Shown: positions 57,708 through 64,000 of the stretch, piece after piece
How positions within the stretch are numbered: the stretch's first letter is position 1
Layout: every line of letters starts with the position of its first letter
Assembly: GCA_964416335.1 (NCBI GenBank)
Contig: CAYQDN010000023.1
Location: 693 to 64,692 of the forward strand
DNA from: an uncultured Azospirillum sp.
GTDB lineage: Bacteria; Pseudomonadota; Alphaproteobacteria; CACIAM-22H2
Length of the DNA stretch: 64,000 bases
Reading direction: 5' to 3'
Translations under genes and position numbers: made by a program
The notes under the pieces: model-generated
Database searches by the model: none
The model's input: the letters and a program-made list of their open reading frames with translations, nothing else
Told to the model about the DNA's origin: nothing

Positions 57708-58459
57708 AGCTTGTCGAGCGCTTCGCCGGCCTGTTCGGCGTCGTCCTGTTCCTCGGCCTGTGGGAGCTTGCTGCGCGTTTCGGCTGGCGCAATCCGGCGA
57801 TCATGCCGGCCCCCAGCCAGGCGGTGTTCGCCGCACTTGCGACCATTCCGCTCTGGACCTTGCTCGAGCATGTCGCGATCAGCCTCTGGCGCATCCTTGC
57901 CGGTTTCACACTGGGCGCTTTGGCCGGGATTGCGTTAGGTATTGCTGCGGGCTGGTACCGTCCGGTGGCCTTGGTCAGTCGGCCGTTCGTCGAGATCCTG
58001 CGGCCGATCCCGCCGCTCGCCTGGATCCCGATCGCCATCGTCTGGTTCGGGTTGGGCGAACCGTCCAAGATCTTCGTTATTTTCCTCGGCACCTTCTTCC
58101 CGGTCTTCACCAGTGCCGCGCGCGGCATGGCGTCGATCCACCCCTCGATCCTGCGCGCTGCGCGCACGATGGATGTGGACGGGGTCCGCCTGCTTGTGAA
58201 GGTCGCAGTTCCCGCGGCGATGCCCGATATCGCGACGGGCCTGCGCATCGGCTTCGGTCTCGGCTTCGGCGTGCTCGTGGCTGCCGAGCTGATCGCGGCT
58301 GAGCGCGGCATGGGTCATCTCGTCATGGAAGCACGCCAACTCGGCCAGCTCGGCATCTCCGTGTTCGGCATCTTCCTGATCGGGCTCGTCAATCTTGTCG
58401 CCGACCAGCAGCTTGCCGCGGCCATCGGCCGGACCGTCGGGTGCTGGCACCGCTTCTGA
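57704..58459 (+). CDS. ABC transporter permease (NitT/TauT family)
   Basis: ATG 57704 (ATGA overlap). 'RPIPPLAWIPIAIVWFGLGE'. Confidence 0.85.
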   Translation: MKLVERFAGLFGVVLFLGLWELAARFGWRNPAIMPAPSQAVFAALATIPLWTLLEHVAISLWRILAGFTLGALAGIALGIAAGWYRPVALVSRPFVEILRPIPPLAWIPIAIVWFGLGEPSKIFVIFLGTFFPVFTSAARGMASIHPSILRAARTMDVDGVRLLVKVAVPAAMPDIATGLRIGFGLGFGVLVAAELIAAERGMGHLVMEARQLGQLGISVFGIFLIGLVNLVADQQLAAAIGRTVGCWHRF

Positions 58460-58484
58460 ACGAAAATAGAAAGAGGAGGCTTAG

Positions 58485-59519
58485 ATGCGTCGTCGTTCGT
58501 TCCTCGCCACCACGGCCGCAATTGCTCTTGCACCCGCCATCGTCCGCGCGCAGGCGCGGCCGGAGATAACCAAACTGGGAATCGGTTTCGGTCTCGATCC
58601 GGTATTCGCACCCCACATCGTCGCGATGCAGAAGGGCTGGTTGCGCGACGCCGGTTTCACCGAGATCATCACTCCGAGTTTCACCAGCGGGGCACTTGCC
58701 GGCGAAGCGCTGATCGCGGGCCAGATCCATCTCTGGACGCCGGGCAACCTGCCGCCGATCTCGATGGCGAATTCCGGCGTGCCGGCAGTCGTACTGGGCA
58801 CGAACTGCATCGCCACCAAGGCCGAGCAGCTAATCGTGCGCAACGACGCGAACGTGACGAAGCCGGAGGATCTCTACCGCATCAAGATCGGCCTGCTTGC
58901 CGGTTCGACCGCGAGCGCCACGCTCCACAACCTCACCAAGCGGTACAATCTTGACGAGGCGAAGCTGCAGGTCGTCAACATGCCGCCGCCTGAACAGCTT
59001 GCCGGCCTCACCAGCAACAACATCCAGGCCCTGCTGTGCTGGCAGCCCTGGGCGCACAATGCACTGAAGCTCGGCAACACGACGATGCTGCATTCGGGCA
59101 CCAACAGCGGCTTTGCTGCCAACAAGGGAGCCGCAGCATCCGTATCTGCGACACGCTCAATTTTCGTAGCGAGTGAGGAGTTCGTGCGCAAGAGCCCAAA
59201 CGCGACGCGCATCCTGATGGCCACGCTCGTGCGCGGTCAGAAATACGTTGCGGACCCGGCCAACCGGACCGAGGTCCTCGACCTCGTCGCGAAGGAGACC
59301 AAGCAGGATCGCACACTGGTCGAGGCGATCTGGGGCGACTACGACTTCAACCCGGCCTTCGATGCCGCCTATGTCGCCGACATGGAATCGATGAGCGGAT
59401 ATCTCGTCGCGTCGGGTCGCCTCAAGTCGCCCAAGCACCCGCTCGACTACACCTTTACCGATCCGGTCGCGGCGGCAGATCCTGCCCTCGTGAAACTGCC
59501 GGGACGGTGGAAGGCCTGA
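58485..59519 (+). CDS. ABC transporter substrate-binding protein (NMT1/NitT-TauT type)
   Basis: TAT-type signal 'MRRRSFLATTAAIALAPAIVRAQA'. Strong SD (AGAGGAGG). Confidence 0.8.
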   Translation: MRRRSFLATTAAIALAPAIVRAQARPEITKLGIGFGLDPVFAPHIVAMQKGWLRDAGFTEIITPSFTSGALAGEALIAGQIHLWTPGNLPPISMANSGVPAVVLGTNCIATKAEQLIVRNDANVTKPEDLYRIKIGLLAGSTASATLHNLTKRYNLDEAKLQVVNMPPPEQLAGLTSNNIQALLCWQPWAHNALKLGNTTMLHSGTNSGFAANKGAAASVSATRSIFVASEEFVRKSPNATRILMATLVRGQKYVADPANRTEVLDLVAKETKQDRTLVEAIWGDYDFNPAFDAAYVADMESMSGYLVASGRLKSPKHPLDYTFTDPVAAADPALVKLPGRWKA

Positions 59520-59521
59520 GT

Positions 59522-60547
59522 ATGGATCGTGTCGGGATCGCGCTCGTCGGCACCGGCTTTATCGCCGACTACCATCTGGCCGGGCTGAATGCGGTCCCGC
59601 GCGCCGACGTGCGCGTGGTGGTGGGGCGCGATCCCGCCAAAGCAGCGGCGATCGCCGCTCGTTTCGCTATACCGGACGCCAGTACCGATCTTGCCGCCAC
59701 GCTGGCGCGCGGCGACATCCATGCAGTCATCATCGCGACGCCGGATGACACGCACGAAGCGATGGCCGCACAAGCCGCCATCGCGGGCAAGGCGATCCTG
59801 CTGCAGAAGCCGATGGCGGCCGACAGTGTCGCCTGCAGGCGCATCATCGCATCGGCAGCGGCAGCAAAGATCGATCTGCAGGTCAGCTTCATGCATCGGT
59901 ATTTCGAGGAGTTCCGCATGGCGAAGGATCTCGTCACTGGCGGCGCCATCGGCGAAGTGACGAGCCTGCGCATCCGCAATGCCACACCGGGGCCCGACTG
60001 GGCGGATTGGTTCTTCAAGAAGTCGCGCGTTGCCGGCGGCGTGGTGCTGCAACTTGGCGTGCACGGCATCGACCTACTGTTGCAGATGTGCGGTGCAGTG
60101 ACGCGGGTCTCGGCCACGACGGCGATCTTGCGGCCCGAGCGCTTGCTCGCCGACGGGCGGCGCGTGACGGTCGAGAATCCAGACAGTGCCTGGGCCGTCT
60201 ATGCGTTGGCGAGCGGTGTCGTCGCCTCGCACGAGATGTCGATGATCGAGGCGAAAGGATGCGACCGGTTCCGCGTCGAGATCTACGGCACTAAGGGCAC
60301 GATCTGGCTGCGCGGCGAGCGCGGGCCGCTGGCGATCAGTCGGGCAGGTGGAACAGGTTGGGAGGCGCTGGACGTACCGGCGCATCCTTTCGGCCAGCGC
60401 CAGCATCGGCGCTGGATCGAGGGCATTCTCGGGACAGCCCCGCGCGAGCGTACGGCCGAAGACGCACTCGCCGGCATTTTGATTGCCGAGGCGATCGACC
60501 GATCAAGCGCACGGAACGGTCAGCATGTCGCCGTGGAAATCGCATGA
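59522..60547 (+). CDS. Gfo/Idh/MocA-family oxidoreductase
   Basis: 341 aa. 'VGIALVGTGFIADYH' and 'ILLQKPMA'. Confidence 0.8.
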   Translation: MDRVGIALVGTGFIADYHLAGLNAVPRADVRVVVGRDPAKAAAIAARFAIPDASTDLAATLARGDIHAVIIATPDDTHEAMAAQAAIAGKAILLQKPMAADSVACRRIIASAAAAKIDLQVSFMHRYFEEFRMAKDLVTGGAIGEVTSLRIRNATPGPDWADWFFKKSRVAGGVVLQLGVHGIDLLLQMCGAVTRVSATTAILRPERLLADGRRVTVENPDSAWAVYALASGVVASHEMSMIEAKGCDRFRVEIYGTKGTIWLRGERGPLAISRAGGTGWEALDVPAHPFGQRQHRRWIEGILGTAPRERTAEDALAGILIAEAIDRSSARNGQHVAVEIA

Positions 60548-61563
60548 TCCGCATTGCGATGCTGAGCTTCGCGCACTATCACGCGAATTTCTGGGTCGAG
60601 GCATTTCAGTCGCTGCCCGACGTCGAGATCGCCGCGATCTGGGACGACAATGTTGCACGCGGGCAGGAGGCTGCCGACCGGTTCAAGGTCCGTTTCGAGA
60701 TCGATCTCGACCATGCGATCGGTGCAGGCGACGCCGTCGCCGTGTGCAGCGAAACGATCAACCATGCTCCACTCGTCGAGCGGGCGGCAGCGGCAAGGCG
60801 TGCGATCCTCTGCGAGAAGCCGCTTGCCGCCAATCTCGCGGAAGCCGCGCGCATCGAGCGGGCAGTACGCGCGGCTGGTTCCCCATTCATGCAGAGCTTT
60901 CCCAAGCGCTTTGATCCGGTGTCGCACGAGCTGAAGCGGTTGGTTGAGACCGGCGAACTCGGAAAGATCCGGCTCACCCGCATCCGGCACGGGCACTTCT
61001 ACGGGCTTGATCCGGAATTCCGGGACCGTTGGTATGTCGATCCGGCGCTGTCCGGCGGCGGCGCCTTGCTCGACGAGGGCGTGCATGCCGCCGACCTTCT
61101 ATGCTGGCTATTTGGCCTGCCGGCCGGTGTGGTGGCAAGTGCGTCTTCGTCTTTGGGGCTAAAAGTGGAGGATCAGGCGATCGCGGTCTACGACTATGCC
61201 GACGGTATGTTGGCTGAAATCACGTCGAGCTTCACCTTCGCCGCCGCGGACGCGTCGATCGAGATCTACGGGTCGGAAGGAACGGCGATCGTCAGCGGTG
61301 TGGATCTCGCGTCGCGGGACATTACGCAGGCAGGCTTTGTCAAAGTCTTCCGTCGTGACCAAAGTGTCCGGGAATGGAAGGTCTCGCCGCTCGTGCCGCG
61401 CTTCAAGACGGGCCAGTTCCACCATCAGAACGCTCTCGCATTCGCCGACGCATTGCGGCGGAATATTCCGCCACCCGTCACGCTGGACGACGGCCTGCGG
61501 TCGGTAACGATGATCCTCCGGGCTTACGAGGCGATCCGGAGCGGTACCCGAACCTGCATTTGA
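60544..61563 (+). CDS. Gfo/Idh/MocA-family protein with non-canonical N-terminal motif
   Basis: 339 aa, ATGA overlap. 'ILCEKPLA' is conserved, but the N-terminus reads 'IAMLSFAHYHANFW' instead of GxGxxG. Confidence 0.7.
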   Translation: MIRIAMLSFAHYHANFWVEAFQSLPDVEIAAIWDDNVARGQEAADRFKVRFEIDLDHAIGAGDAVAVCSETINHAPLVERAAAARRAILCEKPLAANLAEAARIERAVRAAGSPFMQSFPKRFDPVSHELKRLVETGELGKIRLTRIRHGHFYGLDPEFRDRWYVDPALSGGGALLDEGVHAADLLCWLFGLPAGVVASASSSLGLKVEDQAIAVYDYADGMLAEITSSFTFAAADASIEIYGSEGTAIVSGVDLASRDITQAGFVKVFRRDQSVREWKVSPLVPRFKTGQFHHQNALAFADALRRNIPPPVTLDDGLRSVTMILRAYEAIRSGTRTCI

Positions 61564-61692
61564 TGGGGCGATTGCCAGAATAGCGAACCTCTTGCCCGCC
61601 ATACCGCTGGTACCAGCGTCGAACTAACTGGCATCTATCCGGGCGCTCCTAGATATCGGGAATTGCACTGTCTAGGGCAATTTGGGCCGCCG

Positions 61693-62118
61693 CTACGGCG
61701 CAACAGCGATATAGGGAATGCCAGCCACAACTACGGCAAGCTGGACCGCATTGAACAGCATGCCACCCCAATGCAGCCGGCGCAGCCGGTGCACCGCATC
61801 GGGATCGCCGGTGTCCCTGGCACGAAGCTCAGCATCCATATGCCGAAGAAACCAGCGGCGCGCCAAGACCGCGAAAGTCACGATCAAACCAATGCCAACG
61901 GCGATGATAAAGCGACCATCCACGGCAAAAGCCAACGTCCCGATTGCGCCAGCAACGGCCAGCACGACGAAATAGATATTGAACATGCCGCGCAGCAACC
62001 GGGTGACGGTTGGATTATCAAGCCTCACCAGCAGGAAAGCGGGAGCCTGCAGCAGGAAATAGCCCATCGGCAGCAGCAGGATGATTGTTGCAAATAGGAC
62101 GACTGGAGATGGCATCAT
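61693..62118 (-). CDS. Hypothetical membrane protein
   Basis: 141 aa from 'MMPSPVVLFATIILLLP', or 149 aa from TTG 62142. 4 hydrophobic helices. Lies in a low-GC patch. No family recognised. Confidence 0.45.
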   Translation of the reverse strand: MMPSPVVLFATIILLLPMGYFLLQAPAFLLVRLDNPTVTRLLRGMFNIYFVVLAVAGAIGTLAFAVDGRFIIAVGIGLIVTFAVLARRWFLRHMDAELRARDTGDPDAVHRLRRLHWGGMLFNAVQLAVVVAGIPYIAVAP

Positions 62119-62424
62119 GTGGATATCCACTCTTTCGGCCAATGGCTTTCCGGTAGAGTTCCAGAACAGTATTTGATGAAGTTATTTTCGGCAATATCGG
62201 GCTTTGTTCGATACGATTGCGCCAAGCTCAGCAACCTGCCACTCGGTTGCTGCCTTGCAAAACCGCTGCTCGCCGCTGAGCCAATCCAGCAATTGTCCGA
62301 TCGCTCTCATTCCGGATCGCGATGTCCGTCCCGGCGTTGCTGCCCGTGAATTTACCAGGGCGAAATCAACGATTTGGAGACTGGGACCGCGGCAGCCGGT
62401 TTGGAAGTTCTGATCAAGCGATCT

Positions 62425-63199
62425 TCATGCGGCTGGCGTTCTTGTCGTACCTTGGTCTGCCGCCTCGTCGACCGATACGGCCAATGTCGGCTCCAGATTG
62501 CGCGCTGCCCACATGATATCCGCCTCGATGGCGATACGTGCCGCCGGGCCGTCCTTGGCGCGAAATGCCGCGATAACGCCGTCGTGCGGATGATTCGCGA
62601 CGATCTTGCTATCAATGAAGTCGAAGATACGCGTCAAGATCGGCCCGATCTGCACCCACAAACCTTCGATCATGTCATAGAGCACCGGCATGTCGGCGCC
62701 GCCATACACGGTGAAATGGAATTCCTCATTGGTAGCCAGCGCGCCGCGAAAGTCGCGCGCGCCGGAGTTCCTTGAGTTTCTTCTGGAGGTCTTCGAGCTT
62801 GCGCACGGTTTCCGGCGTCGCATTCGCTGCGGCAACCGCGGTTGCGTGGCCTTCGAGAATGATCCGGAGATCGCGGATCTCGCGGAAGCGCCGCTCGTCA
62901 AGTTCCGGAACGCGCAGTGCACGCGAGGTATCGCTGACGAGCGCACGTTCCGAGACGAGACGCAGCAGCGCCTCGCGCACCGGCGTGACGCTTATGCCGA
63001 GTTCGTCCGCGAGCGGCCGCAACCGCAGCACGTGCCCTGGCGGAAACTGCCCGCTCATGAGGGCCTTGCGGATGATCCTGTAGGTCTGCGCGTACAGGTT
63101 CTCTTTGCGGATGGCGAGCAGATCGGTCACGCGCACAATTCTAACATCGTGCGCCGGCGCGAACAATGTCACGCGGCCGACGCGGTCGCGCGAAGGCAA
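62425..63199 (-). pseudogene. GntR-family regulator (FadR/FCD type) interrupted by a frameshift
   Basis: ORF 62726..63199 holds the wHTH ('LADELGISVTPVREALLRLV') and the start of the FCD domain. ORF 62425..62946, in another frame, continues it ('ARDFRGALATNEEFHFTVYGGADMPVLYDMIEGLW'). The frames switch at the (CG)4 tract at 62754-62761. Confidence 0.7.
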
Positions 63200-63245
63200 C
63201 TAGGCTTGACAAGGGGCTGCCGGCCATGCCTCCATCCGATGATAA

Positions 63246-63272
63246 CTGTAACGTTTTAGTAAAACGATACAG
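63246..63272. promoter_or_regulatory. 27-bp near-perfect palindrome CTGTAACGTTTTA-G-TAAAACGATACAG, candidate GntR/FCD operator
   Basis: 12 of 13 arm positions pair. AT-rich. Lies in the divergent region between the frameshifted GntR gene and dctQ. Confidence 0.5.
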
Positions 63273-63316
63273 TATAACGATCCGAAGCGCTCGTGCGCTT
63301 GGGGGAAAGGGGAGGA

Positions 63317-63868
63317 ATGGCGGCACGTATCGCGCACGGTTGGGGCGACCGGATTGGAGGAATTCTCGTGAAAACGACCGAGGTCGTGCTCGCGGTACTT
63401 CTGCTCGGCATGGTCCTCATGGTGTTTGGCAACGTCGTCCTGCGTTACGTCTTCAATTCCGGAATCGTCGTCTCCGAAGAGCTTTCGCGCATCTTCTTTG
63501 TCTGGCTGACTTTCATCGGCGCCATTCTTGCCGTGCGGGACCGCGCGCATCTCGGCATGGACACGCTCGTGCGTAAGTTGTCACGCCCCGGCAAGCTCGC
63601 ATGCCTCGCCGCCAGCCAGACCCTCATTTTCGGCTGCTGCGTGCTGTTGTCGTGGGGAACGTGGCTTCAGCACGAGATCAACGCCACGACGGTTGCCCCC
63701 GTTACCGGAATGTCGACGATCTGGATCTTCGGCCTTGGCTACGTCGTCGGGATCTGCGTCGGGCTTGACGCATTGCACACGCTCTGGAGGATCGCGACTG
63801 GACGTATTTCCGACAGCGAACTCGTCCAAGTGAGCGAAAGCGAGGAAGCGGTAGGCCCGGCAAAATGA
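63317..63868 (+). CDS. TRAP transporter small permease (DctQ family)
   Basis: 183 aa from ATG 63317 after GGGGAGGA. 'MVFGNVVLRYVFNSGIVVSEELSRIFFVWLTFIGA'. Confidence 0.8.
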   Translation: MAARIAHGWGDRIGGILVKTTEVVLAVLLLGMVLMVFGNVVLRYVFNSGIVVSEELSRIFFVWLTFIGAILAVRDRAHLGMDTLVRKLSRPGKLACLAASQTLIFGCCVLLSWGTWLQHEINATTVAPVTGMSTIWIFGLGYVVGICVGLDALHTLWRIATGRISDSELVQVSESEEAVGPAK

Positions 63869-64000
63869 CGATTGCCGTCTTCACTTTATCGTTGCTCGGG
63901 GCCATGTCGCTCGGCATGCCGATCGCGTTCGCGCTGCTTGTCTGTGCGGCCGCACTCATGGCGTCGCAGGGCCAGTTCGATCCGACGATCTTTTCGCAGA
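63865..64000 (+). CDS. TRAP transporter large permease (DctM family), 5' fragment running off the window
   Basis: ATG 63865 (ATGA overlap with dctQ). My translation reads 'MTIAVFTLSLLGAMSLGMPIAFALLVCAAALMA...'. Not in the ORF track because there is no stop before the window end. Confidence 0.7.
   Translation, partial: MTIAVFTLSLLGAMSLGMPIAFALLVCAAALMASQGQFDPTIFSQ

Overview
GC-rich (about 65-72% in most stretches I counted) proteobacterial chromosome or megaplasmid segment. I support about 63 protein-coding genes. I found no rRNA, tRNA, CRISPR array, transposase, integrase or phage gene. The ORF track is full of long antisense and out-of-frame ORFs typical of high-GC DNA, so calls rest on recognisable motifs, sensible starts and the frequent 4-nt ATGA/GTGA start-stop overlaps.

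Content, left to right:
- ECF sigma factor plus NDH-2.
- LysR regulator and a ketone-body/PHB module (bdhA, patatin-like lipase, acetoacetate decarboxylase), translationally coupled to a membrane class III nucleotide cyclase, followed by an MCP.
- A visibly lower-GC patch (about 9.7-16.5 kb): TTC38-like, DUF302, YeeE, GST, MscS and an Asp/Glu-racemase-superfamily gene.
- A split chromate-transporter pair.
- A phthalate-type aromatic dicarboxylate catabolic region: class IA Rieske oxygenase, PDR-type reductase, Gfo/Idh/MocA diol dehydrogenase, NitT/TauT ABC importer, MarR, ALDH, LysR, PhtD-like decarboxylase and a ThDP enzyme.
- A MocR-controlled operon: PhtD-like paralog, nitrilase-superfamily enzyme and amino-acid ABC importer.
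- LysR plus tctBAC.
- A 17.5-kb co-directional block: CUT1 sugar ABC importer, DUF4432, two leaderless sulfatases, then a GntR-headed ten-gene operon built around a 714-aa DUF3604/PHP-like protein, a dienelactone hydrolase, three Gfo/Idh/MocA oxidoreductases and a second NitT/TauT importer.
- A low-GC patch with an orphan membrane protein, a frameshifted GntR/FCD regulator and the start of a TRAP transporter.

No canonical defence, toxin-antitoxin or mobile system is visible. The best candidates for undescribed biology are the GntR/DUF3604-like operon with the adjacent cytoplasmic sulfatase module, the MocR operon and the ketone-body/cyclase coupling. All functional calls are by eye and from memory, with no database search run.
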